This document shows positions 12,232 to 21,653 of a DNA stretch of 64,000 nt, piece after piece. A model generated the notes under the pieces. The model did no database searches. It was not told the origin of the DNA and worked only from the letters and a program-made list of their open reading frames with translations. A program made the translations under genes and the position numbers. Position 1 is the stretch's first letter. Every line of letters begins with the position of its first letter. The DNA comes from Polyangiaceae bacterium (GTDB taxonomy: Bacteria; Myxococcota_A; Polyangia; Polyangiales; Polyangiaceae). The DNA lies in assembly GCA_052147435.1 (NCBI GenBank), contig JBKQKP010000042.1, forward strand, positions 1 through 64,000, read 5' to 3'.

Positions 12232-13803
12232 ATGCGAAAGCCGGCACTCTTCGGGTTCCTCGGTCTCGCGACATTGACGTCGATCGCGTTCGGGCACGGC
12301 GCGACGACGCGCGGTCTCGCCGCCCAAGCCATTCCTGCCCCGTCGGCCTTCTCCCATCCCGGCTACATCTATTACAGCGCGCCGCAGCCGCTCCCCCCCA
12401 GCGTGCAGATGCCCCCCGCGCTCAGCCGCATCGAGCAGCGGAACCTCGCGCACCTCAAGCTCGCGGCCGCGCTGCTGCGACGCTGCGACATACCGAAGGA
12501 GGTCGCCGACGGCGTCTTCGTGCACATCGACTGCTTCCCGTATCGCCGCGTGTCGATCGCCGTGCAGCACGCGACGGCGCTCAAGCTGGGCCTGATGCGT
12601 CTCGGGCGCTTTCGGTGGCAACGGCTGGCACCAGCCCCGGGCAAGGCGCGCGGTACGGCCCCCGCGGGGGCGACGTCGGCCCCGGCGCCCGCGAGCCCCG
12701 GGGCGCAGGCTCCGCTCCCCGACCTGGTCGATCACCGGCTGAACGGGACCGAAGGGCCGGTCAAAGACCAGGGGGACGTGGGGGCGTGCACCGCGTTCGC
12801 GCTCTCTTCGGTGATCGACAACTCGCTCCGCCGAGCCAATCTGAACGTGACGACCTCGCCGGAGCACGTGTGGGGGCACTACGCGACCCCGACGATGGAG
12901 GACGCCGCCTCGGGCAATCTCAACAAGGGGCTCACGACGTTCGATGCCCTGCCGTACAGCGGTCGGGAAGCGTGCGAGCTCACGCACGACGCGACCGACG
13001 ACTGCGGTCAGACGTACGGCGTCCTGCCGAACACGGCGGTCGTGGACCTTCCGCTCGAGCAGCGCCTCCGGATCGCGGACCAGTCGAATGGCCACCGCGC
13101 GGTCGGGTTCGAAGAGCTCGACGTCAGCCCCCCCAACATCGACGAGATCGTCGCGACGCTCGCCAGCGGCGCCGACGTGTGGAGCGCGTTCAACATCGAC
13201 TCGAGCGTCTGGGTCAATCGGCAAATGCAAAGCTTCGTCATCCCCGACTGGTCGCAGCCGGACGGTGGGCACGCGGTCGCGCTCGCGGGGTACAGGCGGG
13301 TGAGCGGCGGACTGCAGTTTCTCGTCCACAACAGCTGGGGGGCGAGCTGGGGGGACGGCGGGTACGCGTGGATCAGCCAGGCGATGGTGCAGAAGTGGCT
13401 GCAGCTCGCGTACAAGGTTCGCACTGACGTGGACGGCGCGTCGCCGCCGTCGACCGATGAAGATTGTCCCGGCGATCAAGTGATCGACACGGTGACGAAC
13501 CAGTGCGTCGGTGTTTGTCCGGATCAGTCACGGCCGGCGAACGGTCAGTGCCCGGCGGGGCCCGCGCCCGCGCCGCAGCCGCTTCCGCTGCCGAGCCTCG
13601 TCGGATGGCCGACGATACCTGGGTTTCCGACGATTCCCGGGTGGCCCGCCGCGCCGGCGCCGACGGCTCCTGCGCCGACGGCTCCGCCCGTGTCGCCCGC
13701 GCCGGCGCCGACGTTTCCGTGGCCGATGCCGTCCGCGATTCCGTCGGCGTGGCCGTGGTCGGTGCCGAGCGGGCTTCCGACGTGGCCGGCGCCGACGAAG
13801 TAG
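12232..13803 (+). CDS. Secreted papain-like cysteine peptidase (C1 family) with a Pro/Ala-rich C-terminal repeat tail
   Basis: Signal peptide. Active-site Cys in QGDVGACTAFAL; His in GGHAVALAGY; Asn/Trp in VHNSWGASWGDGGYAWIS. The C-terminus carries GWPTIPGFPTIPGWPAAPAPTAPAPTAP repeats. Confidence 0.85.
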   Translation: MRKPALFGFLGLATLTSIAFGHGATTRGLAAQAIPAPSAFSHPGYIYYSAPQPLPPSVQMPPALSRIEQRNLAHLKLAAALLRRCDIPKEVADGVFVHIDCFPYRRVSIAVQHATALKLGLMRLGRFRWQRLAPAPGKARGTAPAGATSAPAPASPGAQAPLPDLVDHRLNGTEGPVKDQGDVGACTAFALSSVIDNSLRRANLNVTTSPEHVWGHYATPTMEDAASGNLNKGLTTFDALPYSGREACELTHDATDDCGQTYGVLPNTAVVDLPLEQRLRIADQSNGHRAVGFEELDVSPPNIDEIVATLASGADVWSAFNIDSSVWVNRQMQSFVIPDWSQPDGGHAVALAGYRRVSGGLQFLVHNSWGASWGDGGYAWISQAMVQKWLQLAYKVRTDVDGASPPSTDEDCPGDQVIDTVTNQCVGVCPDQSRPANGQCPAGPAPAPQPLPLPSLVGWPTIPGFPTIPGWPAAPAPTAPAPTAPPVSPAPAPTFPWPMPSAIPSAWPWSVPSGLPTWPAPTK

Positions 13804-13808
13804 CGAGC

Positions 13809-14264
13809 CTACTCGCTCCCCTTCGCGATCCTCCCGCGCAGCGCCTCGCACCCGACCTGCACGGACACGCCCCGCCGGTCCATCTCGGCGAGCGCGTTCG
13901 CGAGCGCCGCTCTCACGCCGCGCGGGCCGAGATCGAGCTCCTCCGCGGCGCGGAAGACGATCGCTTCCATCACCGCGCGCCCATCGATCAGCGACGGCGC
14001 GTGCGGCACGGGGGCGAGCGGCGGAGGGGGATCCGCGCCGAGCGAGACGTCGAGCTCGACACGCAGCGCCTCGGGGAGGTCGCCGAGAGACGGGACGATG
14101 ACGGCGCGAGTGTCCTCGGTCGGGACCGCGGCGCCGCCTTCCCAGCGGGCGACCGATTGGCGGCCGACGCCGAGGCGCCGGCCGAAATCGCTCTGCGATT
14201 CACCCAGGTGCCTGCGCGCGGCGAGGAGCGCGCGAGCGAAGCGAGCTTGGTCGATGCGAGCCAT
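13809..14264 (-). CDS. XRE-family helix-turn-helix transcriptional regulator
   Basis: HTH motif (LGESQSDFGRRLGVGRQSVARWEGG). Start taken at MARIDQ; the ORF continues upstream to 14327 with an unconvincing N-terminus. Confidence 0.7.
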   Translation of the reverse strand: MARIDQARFARALLAARRHLGESQSDFGRRLGVGRQSVARWEGGAAVPTEDTRAVIVPSLGDLPEALRVELDVSLGADPPPPLAPVPHAPSLIDGRAVMEAIVFRAAEELDLGPRGVRAALANALAEMDRRGVSVQVGCEALRGRIAKGSE

Positions 14265-14477
14265 TGTCACATCGGATGTAACACGATGCGACGTCGTCGA
14301 GCCCATTGTGTACGTCGCATATGACATTTTGCGACGTCGTCGTCCCCTTTGGACAACACGAGATCGACTCGAGGCAACTCGACGTGGGGAAATTGCCTGG
14401 ATACGCCCTCATCGAGCGCAGGGGACGTGACAACTTGTGACGTCGGCGTCGAAACGCGTCATGTCGACATGCTCTCC

Positions 14478-14634
14478 GTCGATGCCGACGTGCACGCAGC
14501 CGATGCGGACCTGCTCCTAGCCGAAGCCGACGTGCACGCAGCCGATGCGGACGTGGACGCAGCCGAAGCCGACGTGCACCTGACGGATGCCGACGTCACC
14601 GTGGCCGATGCCGACATGGACGGAACCGATGGGG
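14478..14634. repeat. Tandem direct repeat: ~3 copies of a 42-bp unit, then degenerate GCCGA(C/T) hexamers
   Basis: The exact 27-mer gccgacgtgcacgcagccgatgcggac occurs at 14484 and 14526. gaagccgacgtgcac occurs at 14523 and 14565. The period is 42 bp. It lies between the esterase 3' end and the XRE regulator start. Confidence 0.8.
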
Positions 14635-14657
14635 ACGTGCTCGGGATCCATCGCGCG

Positions 14658-15515
14658 CTACCCCCGATCCATCCACGCGACCGCGCACGGCGTCCCCGCC
14701 TCCCTCAGCCACGCCTGGTCATGCGGCCCCGGCAGAACAACGAGCTCGTGCGGAACGCCGCGCGCGCGGAGCTCGCCGGCGAGCGTGACGCTCGCGTCGT
14801 GGAATGGATCGCGAGCGCTCGTCTCGATCAAGAGCGGGCGCCCGCCGGCCCCCTGCGCGAGGCGACCGGCGTATCCCCGCGCCGCTTCGCGCGAGATCGC
14901 AGTCTGCACCCCCGCCCACGCGCCGAAGCCGTGGGGGACGCGCAAGAACACTTCGAGCGAGACCCACCCGCCGTACGAGCAGCCCCCGATGCGCGCGGGT
15001 GACGCGTCGAGCCGCCCCCCTGCTTCATTCCGTACACGCGGGACGAGGACGCTGTCGATCCAGCGCGCGTACCCGTCGAGGTCCCTCCCCGACATCTTCG
15101 GCACGTAAGGGCACGCGAACCCGAGGCCACGGTAGGGACGCGCGGCGAGCGCCGCGTTCGTCGTCGCGAGCGTGTCTCCCCAGTCGTCTCGCGCCGTGGA
15201 GATGCGCGCAAGCGGCGCCCGAACGAGCCGGCGCACGCTGTCGGCGAGGCCATAGCGGTCGACCCAGGCGCGCGCCCCTGCGTGCTCGTCGCTCGTCTCG
15301 GCGAGGCCGTGAAGAAGGACAACGAGGGGCGCCGGGCTCATCGAAGCGGGAGGCAACGCCAGGACGACTTCGTGCTCCAGGTGAAGAGGCCGGATCTCGA
15401 GCGCTTCTTCGCCGATGGAGTCAGCCCGGGCGCGGGGGAGGGCGGTCGCCGCAGCGAGGCCCAACGTGAGCGCACGCCGGTTCACGAGGAGAGATTGGCG
15501 CCGACGCGAGTCCAA
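14658..15515 (-). CDS. Esterase (alpha/beta hydrolase) with a probable Tat signal peptide
   Basis: RRxLTLGLAAATALPRARA twin-arginine-like leader. HGLAETSDEHAG; GGCSYGGW nucleophile elbow; C-terminal ...RDPFHD...PHDQAWL. The ORF's 5' extension to 16532 is antisense to the HlyD gene and rejected. The start is uncertain (TTG/GTG near 15515). Confidence 0.6.
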   Translation of the reverse strand: MDSRRRQSLLVNRRALTLGLAAATALPRARADSIGEEALEIRPLHLEHEVVLALPPASMSPAPLVVLLHGLAETSDEHAGARAWVDRYGLADSVRRLVRAPLARISTARDDWGDTLATTNAALAARPYRGLGFACPYVPKMSGRDLDGYARWIDSVLVPRVRNEAGGRLDASPARIGGCSYGGWVSLEVFLRVPHGFGAWAGVQTAISREAARGYAGRLAQGAGGRPLLIETSARDPFHDASVTLAGELRARGVPHELVVLPGPHDQAWLREAGTPCAVAWMDRG

Positions 15516-15608
15516 CGTCCCGAAAAGTACCTGGCTCAGCCGAAGGATGCGGACGGATTGTTCGACGCACGGCTGGCGTTCTCGGCAGGCGGACCTATTA
15601 TCGTACGA

Positions 15609-16568
15609 ATGATAAAGAACCGCCGGCCGTGGCGGACAGTCGCTCTCCTCGCTCTCGTCGGCTGTCACCGCGGTCCCCCTGTCCCCCCCGGCTACCAAGG
15701 GCTGGTCGAGTACGACGAGCACGTCGTCTCGTTCGAAGTGCCAGGGCGAGTCGAGCGGGTCGACGTGAACCGGGGCGATCTGGTCACCGCCGACCAGACG
15801 GTGGCCAAGCTCGACGACACGGTCGAGCGCCTCACCGTCGACGCGCATCGCCAGGAAGCCAACGCCTCGCAGGCCGACCTGGCTCTGCTCGAAGCGGGGA
15901 GCCGGCGTGAGGACATCGCGTCGCTCGCGGACGACCAGCACGCCGCCGCGGCGAACGAAGACCTCATGCGGACGATCGCCGAACGGACGCGGAAGCTCTT
16001 TGCCGACGGCTCGCTCCCCAAGGCGGATCTCGACAAAGCGGAGGCGGACCTTTCCCACGCGACGTTCGAGCGGGAGTCGCTCGATCAGCGTCTCACCGCG
16101 CTCCGTCACGGGGCGCGCCCCGAGGAGCTCGCGCGCGCGCGGGCCCGTCTCGACCAGTCCAAAGCGCAGCTGGCGCTCGAGGAGGAGCTCCTCGCGCGGC
16201 ACGTCCTTCGCGCCGAAAAGGCGGGCGAGGTCGTCGACATCGCGACGAGGGCCGGAGAGCTCGCGGCCGTGGGCACCCCAGCCGCCACGATCGCCGACAC
16301 GACGCACCCCTATGTCGACGTCTTCATCCCGCAAGGGGAGCTCGATGGTGTTCGGGCCGGCGCCCGGGCCGAGGTGCGTGTAGACGCCACGAGCGCGCCG
16401 TTCACGGCGACGGTGGAGTCGGTGTCCCCGGATACGGAGTTCACGCCGAAGTTCCTCTTCAGCGACCGCGAGCGGCCGCACCTCGTCGTCCGCGTGCGCG
16501 TGCGCCTCGCCGATCCCGCGCGGCGGCTGCACTCCGGCGTCCCCGCCTTCGCGCGGATCACGCCATGA
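15609..16568 (+). CDS. HlyD-family membrane-fusion (periplasmic adaptor) protein
   Basis: N-terminal TM segment, coiled-coil middle, and a C-terminal beta-domain typical of ABC-linked HlyD proteins. It overlaps the next gene by 4 nt. Confidence 0.75.
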   Translation: MIKNRRPWRTVALLALVGCHRGPPVPPGYQGLVEYDEHVVSFEVPGRVERVDVNRGDLVTADQTVAKLDDTVERLTVDAHRQEANASQADLALLEAGSRREDIASLADDQHAAAANEDLMRTIAERTRKLFADGSLPKADLDKAEADLSHATFERESLDQRLTALRHGARPEELARARARLDQSKAQLALEEELLARHVLRAEKAGEVVDIATRAGELAAVGTPAATIADTTHPYVDVFIPQGELDGVRAGARAEVRVDATSAPFTATVESVSPDTEFTPKFLFSDRERPHLVVRVRVRLADPARRLHSGVPAFARITP

Positions 16569-17503
16569 GCGCCGCGGGCGAGCCGTCGATCATTCACACC
16601 GAGCACCTGGCGCGGTCGTTCGGCCACCTCGTCGCCGTGCGCGACGTCTCGCTCGACGTTCGGCGCGGCGAGATCTTCGGCATCCTCGGTCCGAACGGCG
16701 CTGGCAAGTCGACGACCATCCGAATGCTCTGCGGAATCCTCGATCCCACGGGCGGACGCGGGACCGTCGTCGGCTACGACATCGTGCGCGAGGCCGAGCG
16801 CATCAAGACGAAGATCGGCTACATGACCCAGCGGTTTAGCCTCTACGAGGACCTCACCGTCGCCCAGAACCTCACGTTCTACGCCGGCATCTACGGCGTG
16901 CCGCTCCGCCGTCTTCGCCGGCGCGTCGACGAGGTGCTCGAGAGCACGGGGTTGACCGATCGGCGCAAGCAGGTGGCCGGCACGCTGTCGGGCGGCTGGA
17001 AGCAGCGCGTCGCGCTTGCGTGCGCGACGATCCACGAGCCGCCCCTCTTGTTTCTGGACGAGCCCACGGCGGGCGTCGACCCGGTGAGCCGCCGCGAGTT
17101 CTGGGAGCGCATCTACGCGATCTCGGCCACCGGAACGACGGCCGTGCTGACGACCCATTACATGGACGAAGCCGAGCGCTGCCATCGCCTCGCGTTCATC
17201 TTCCGTGGCTCGCTCCTCGACGTCGGCACGCCCGAGCAGATCGTGCAGCGCCGCGGGCTTCGAATCGCGGAGCTCGAGGTCGAGCGCGCCCCCGAAGCCG
17301 CAGAGGCGCTGCGCGAGGCGGCTGGCGTCGAGGAGGTCGCTCACTACGGGCACATCCTGCGGCTCGCCGTGCGCGGTGGCGCCGATCCGGTCGCGCTTGC
17401 TCGCGAGGTCCTCGGCGCCCGCGGCATCGTGGTGCGCACGGCGCACGAGACACGCGCGACCGTGGAGGACGCATTCGTCTCCATGGTGCGGACGGACGCA
17501 TGA
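16565..17503 (+). CDS. ABC transporter ATP-binding protein (ABC-2 type)
   Basis: Walker A GPNGAGKST, signature LSGGWKQR, Walker B LLFLDEPTAGVD. Confidence 0.9.
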   Translation: MSAAGEPSIIHTEHLARSFGHLVAVRDVSLDVRRGEIFGILGPNGAGKSTTIRMLCGILDPTGGRGTVVGYDIVREAERIKTKIGYMTQRFSLYEDLTVAQNLTFYAGIYGVPLRRLRRRVDEVLESTGLTDRRKQVAGTLSGGWKQRVALACATIHEPPLLFLDEPTAGVDPVSRREFWERIYAISATGTTAVLTTHYMDEAERCHRLAFIFRGSLLDVGTPEQIVQRRGLRIAELEVERAPEAAEALREAAGVEEVAHYGHILRLAVRGGADPVALAREVLGARGIVVRTAHETRATVEDAFVSMVRTDA

Positions 17504-18627
17504 TCCTGAAGCCGCTGATCATCGCGTGGAAGGAGCTCCTCCAGCTCCGCCGCGACCGGCTCACGCTCGCGATGATGGCCGTGATGCCGGTCGTGCTTCT
17601 CCTGCTCTTCGGTTACGCGATCAACACCGACGTCCGGCACATTCTCACGCTCGTCGACGATCAAGACCGGAGCGCGGCCTCGCGCGATCTCGCGCGCCGG
17701 ATGGAGGCGACCGGGTTCTACGATCTCGTCGGTGAGGTGCGCGGCTACGACGAAATCGAGCGCGCGCTGCGCTCAGGCAGGGCGCGCGTGGCGCTCGTCA
17801 TTCCGCCGCGCTACGCCGCGGATCTCGCGAGCGGCACGACCGCGCACGTGCAGCTCGTCGTCGACGGATCGGACCCGGAGGTCGTCGGCAGCGCGCAGAA
17901 CACCGCCGCGGGGCTGATCGATGCGCGGTCGGCGGAGGTGCGCGTCGAACGGCTCGCGAAGGTCGGCGGGCACATCGCTCCCGAGGCGATCGATCTCGCG
18001 CCGGACATCCTCTACAACCCGGACCAGCGCACTGCCGTGTACATCGTGCCTGGGCTCATCGGCGTCATCCTCACGATGACGATGGTCATGCTCACCGCGA
18101 TGGCGCTGGCGCGGGAGCGCGAGCGGGGGACGCTCGAGCAGCTGATCGTCTCCCCCGTGCGCCCCTTCGAGCTCGTGATCGGGAAGATCATTCCGTACGT
18201 CGCCATCGGCTACGTCCAGATGGCGCTGATCCTCGGGTTCGCGCGGGTCGTCTTCGACGTCCCGATCCGGGGCTCGGTGCTGCTCCTTTACGCGCTCGCG
18301 CTGTGCTTCATCGCGGCGAACCTCGCCATCGGGCTGTTTTTCTCGACGATCGCGCAGACGCAGCAGCAGGCGATGCAGATGTCGTTCTTCTTTCTCCTGC
18401 CGAACATCCTTCTCAGCGGCTTCATGTTCCCCTTCGAGGCCATGCCGCGGCCGGCGCAGTGGCTCTCGCAGGCCCTGCCGCTCACGCATTTCCTCCGGAT
18501 CGTGCGCGGCGTGATTCTCAAAGGGAGCCACTTCGACGAGGTGGCCACGGAGCTCGCATGGCTCACGTCCATTCTCGTGGTGCTCGTCGTCCTCTCGTCG
18601 CTCCGCTTCCGGAAGAAGTTGCTCTGA
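17500..18627 (+). CDS. ABC-2 type transporter permease
   Basis: Six predicted TM helices in the C-terminal half. Its ATGA start overlaps the ATPase gene stop. Confidence 0.8.
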   Translation: MILKPLIIAWKELLQLRRDRLTLAMMAVMPVVLLLLFGYAINTDVRHILTLVDDQDRSAASRDLARRMEATGFYDLVGEVRGYDEIERALRSGRARVALVIPPRYAADLASGTTAHVQLVVDGSDPEVVGSAQNTAAGLIDARSAEVRVERLAKVGGHIAPEAIDLAPDILYNPDQRTAVYIVPGLIGVILTMTMVMLTAMALARERERGTLEQLIVSPVRPFELVIGKIIPYVAIGYVQMALILGFARVVFDVPIRGSVLLLYALALCFIAANLAIGLFFSTIAQTQQQAMQMSFFFLLPNILLSGFMFPFEAMPRPAQWLSQALPLTHFLRIVRGVILKGSHFDEVATELAWLTSILVVLVVLSSLRFRKKLL

Positions 18628-19295
18628 TGGCCCGCCCGCGCAGCGACATCCAGCCTCGCATCGTGGAAGCGGCTCGCGCGCGCTTCCTCGCGGAGGGGGT
18701 CGACGGCGCGTCGCTACGGGAGATCGCGCGCGACGCCGGGACCAACATCGGGATGGTCGCCTACTACTTCCCGACGAAGGACGACCTGTTCCTGTCGGTC
18801 ATCGAAGAGGTGTACGCGAAGCTCGTGGGGGACCTGGCGAAGATTCTCGGCGCCGGTGAGACCGCCCGCGAGCGACTGCGGGGGGCGTTCGTCCGCCTCG
18901 GGACGGCGAGCGATCTCGAGCTCGAGGTGATGCAGCTGATGGCGCGCGAGGGGCTCAGCTCCTCGAAGCGACTGCAGCGCATCCTCGCGCGGTTCATGCG
19001 AGGACACGTGCCGCTCGTCATGGGGACGATCGCCGATGGGATTCGAGCGGGTGAGTTCGACCCGGCGATCCCCGCGCCGATCCTCTTTCTGGCCGTCCTT
19101 GGGCTGGGTCCGCTCCCGCAGATCGCGCGTCGAGCGTCACGCGCGCTCTCGTTGTTCTCGGCGCTGCCTGACGCCGATCGCCTCGCGGACCTTTCGATCG
19201 AGATTCTCTTTCGCGCGGTGGGGGCGACGAAGACCCCCGTTGCCCGGGCTAGCAGTGGACGACGGAAGACAGCGGCGGCGCGACGCCGAGCCTGA
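18627..19295 (+). CDS. TetR-family transcriptional regulator
   Basis: N-terminal TetR HTH (ASLREIARDAGTNIGMVAYYFPTKDDLF). TGATG stop/start overlap with the permease gene. Confidence 0.85.
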   Translation: MARPRSDIQPRIVEAARARFLAEGVDGASLREIARDAGTNIGMVAYYFPTKDDLFLSVIEEVYAKLVGDLAKILGAGETARERLRGAFVRLGTASDLELEVMQLMAREGLSSSKRLQRILARFMRGHVPLVMGTIADGIRAGEFDPAIPAPILFLAVLGLGPLPQIARRASRALSLFSALPDADRLADLSIEILFRAVGATKTPVARASSGRRKTAAARRRA

Positions 19296-19321
19296 CCGTC
19301 GCCTCGATCTGCTCGGGTGAG

Positions 19322-20323
19322 TCAGAAGCCGGCGACCGCGTGCGGGACGTACGGCTCTTCGAGCTGCCTCGCCTCTTCGTCGGACAGCTTCACCACGAGC
19401 GCCGCGACGGCGTCTTCGAGGTGCTTCATCTTCGTCGCGCCGACGATCGGCGCCGCGACGCCAGGTTGTCGGAGGAGCCAGGCGAGCGCGACCTCGGCGT
19501 TCGACACTCCGCGCGCCTTCGCGAGGGCGTCGACCCGCTCGAGGACGCGCATGTCCGCGTCGCCCGAGCTCTTATAGAGGAGCTTCCCGAAGCGGTCGGT
19601 CTGCGATCGCGACGTCGCCTCGGAGGACGACGCGCTCCGCGCGAGGCGTCCGCGCGCGAGCGGGCTCCAGGGGATCATCCCGACCCCCTGGTCGCGGCAT
19701 ACGGGCGCCATCTCGCGCTCCTCCTCGCGGTAGAGCAGATTGTAGTGGTTCTGCATCGAGACGAAGCGCGCCCAGCCGTGCTTGTCGGCGAGGTACAGGG
19801 CCTTGGTGAACTGCCATGCGTGCATCGACGATGCCCCGAGGTAGCGGGCCTTTCCGGCGCGCACGACGTCGTTCAGCGCCTCGAGGGTCTCCTCGATGGG
19901 CGTTTCAGGGTCCCAGCGGTGAATCTGGTACAGGTCGACGTAGTCGGTCCCGAGGCGCCGCAGGCTCGCGTCGATCTCCTGGAAGATGGCCCTGCGCGAC
20001 AACCCGTAGTCGTTGGGCCCTGGGCTCATCGCGCCGTGGACTTTCGTGGCGAGGACGACGTCCTCCCGCCGCGCGAGCGCCTTGATCGCCCGGCCGACGA
20101 CCTCTTCGCTCGCCCCCGCCGAATAGACGTTCGCCGTGTCGAAGAAGTTGATGCCCAGATCGAACGCTCGCTTGAAGAACGGTCGCGCCTCTTCCTCGCG
20201 GAGCGCCCACGGCCAGCGGCGTGAGCCGTCGGGGGCGGCTCGTTCGGGGTCGCCGTAGCTCATGCATCCGAGACAGATGCGGGAGACCTTCAGGCCCGTG
20301 TTGCCGAGTCGAACGTAGTCCAT
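19322..20323 (-). CDS. Aldo/keto reductase
   Basis: Full AKR fold motifs (LGCMSYG, DTANVYSAG, GASEEVVG, YVDLYQIHRWD, LGASSMHAWQ). Start taken at MDYVRLG. Confidence 0.85.
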   Translation of the reverse strand: MDYVRLGNTGLKVSRICLGCMSYGDPERAAPDGSRRWPWALREEEARPFFKRAFDLGINFFDTANVYSAGASEEVVGRAIKALARREDVVLATKVHGAMSPGPNDYGLSRRAIFQEIDASLRRLGTDYVDLYQIHRWDPETPIEETLEALNDVVRAGKARYLGASSMHAWQFTKALYLADKHGWARFVSMQNHYNLLYREEEREMAPVCRDQGVGMIPWSPLARGRLARSASSSEATSRSQTDRFGKLLYKSSGDADMRVLERVDALAKARGVSNAEVALAWLLRQPGVAAPIVGATKMKHLEDAVAALVVKLSDEEARQLEEPYVPHAVAGF

Positions 20324-20354
20324 CGTGTCCTCGCTTGGTCGTGTGGGTCGTCGC

Positions 20355-21560
20355 CTAGGGCGGCAGCTGCGTCGTACGAATCGTTCCGTTCGCATTCGCC
20401 CAGTACACCGCGGCCTCGTCAACGGCGATCCCGAACGGCTCGGTTTCCTCGTTCGCAAGCGTCAGGTACGCCCCCGCGTCTCCCGCCTGTTCGAGCGGTA
20501 CCGCGAGCACCGAGGTCCCGAGACCGGTGACGTACACGTACGACGCATCGCGCGCCATCCGCGTGAGGCTCCCCCCGAGCTGCGCGAGCTGGGTGCCCGT
20601 CGAGCCGCTCGTCGCGATGGGGGCCTTGAACACCCCCCCGTTCTGCGTGATCCAGAGGACGTTCGCGACCGAGACGTCGAGCACGATGTCTGCGCTCGGC
20701 GCGGTGCCGCAGCCGGTCGTGCAGATCATCGTTCCGTAGCTCAACGCGGGGAGCGCGATCTCGTCCACGTGATCGCCGTTCGCGTTTCCGAGGAACGCTT
20801 GCTGCGCCGTTGCGGCGATGGCCTTCGACGGACCGTCCGTCTGCACATTGGTGAAGGGCGATCCGGGCGTCGCGACGCCGACGAACTCGTTGTTCGCCTG
20901 GCCGCCCGTCCCCTGTCCGAGAAGGACGATGCCGGCCCCGCCGAGCGCCATGCGCACCGTCACGTCGACCGACGAGGTCACGCAGCTCGGCCCGGCGTCT
21001 CCCCCGTCGGGGGCGCTCCCCGGCGTGCTCGCCATCATCGCCATGCACTGCGGGCCGGTCCCCGCGGGGGTCACCGACCAGTACACGCTCGTCCCGAGGA
21101 CGGCGACGTCGAGCGGGTACGCCTGACCGGTGGCGATCGTCGTCATCCCGCCTCCGTCTTTGAGGACACTGAGCACCGACCCGTTCGATCCCGCCGTGAC
21201 CCAGTAGACGCGCGTGTCGTCGAGCGCGATCCCTTGCCCTGCGCCCCCGCCGGGTGCTTGCGCGAGGGTCACCGGGGCGTCGGGCATCGCCACCGGGCCG
21301 TCGGCGCTCGGTGCCGCGTCGGTCGAAGACTGGTCCGCGGTAGAGCCATCCACCCCCTCGTCCGTGGACACATCGGGCGACGCATCGACTGCGGTCGCCC
21401 CGTCGGGCTGGGGTGAGATTGCCCCCGCTTCCTGCCCCTCGTACTCGATTCCGTCGAGCCCGAGCACCTGCTCGCAGGCCCCGATTGCGCTGGCCACGCA
21501 GAGCGCTCCTACACCGACGCCTATGCGGGGCCGAATCCTCCCGGTGCGCGTGTGCGTCAC
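20355..21560 (-). CDS. Secreted/lipoprotein beta-propeller protein with YWTD-like repeats
   Basis: Signal with lipobox-like GAC. Recurrent VYWxx/YWV motifs (VYWVTAGSNGS, VYWSVT, VYWANANGT). Gly/Thr-rich. Confidence 0.5.
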   Translation of the reverse strand: MTHTRTGRIRPRIGVGVGALCVASAIGACEQVLGLDGIEYEGQEAGAISPQPDGATAVDASPDVSTDEGVDGSTADQSSTDAAPSADGPVAMPDAPVTLAQAPGGGAGQGIALDDTRVYWVTAGSNGSVLSVLKDGGGMTTIATGQAYPLDVAVLGTSVYWSVTPAGTGPQCMAMMASTPGSAPDGGDAGPSCVTSSVDVTVRMALGGAGIVLLGQGTGGQANNEFVGVATPGSPFTNVQTDGPSKAIAATAQQAFLGNANGDHVDEIALPALSYGTMICTTGCGTAPSADIVLDVSVANVLWITQNGGVFKAPIATSGSTGTQLAQLGGSLTRMARDASYVYVTGLGTSVLAVPLEQAGDAGAYLTLANEETEPFGIAVDEAAVYWANANGTIRTTQLPP

Positions 21561-21653
21561 GAGAGAGAGCCTACCACCCTGCTATTGTTGACACTCGAGA
21601 CGCCTGGCTGCCTTGCGCGGCCTCGTCGTTCCCCGCCCCCTCGCGATTGTCCG

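Noticed and set aside
14349-15002. 217-aa plus-strand ORF containing the 42-bp repeats
   Set aside because: Its downstream two-thirds is antisense to the Tat-esterase gene. Only the repeat part might be real, and that is reported as a repeat finding instead.
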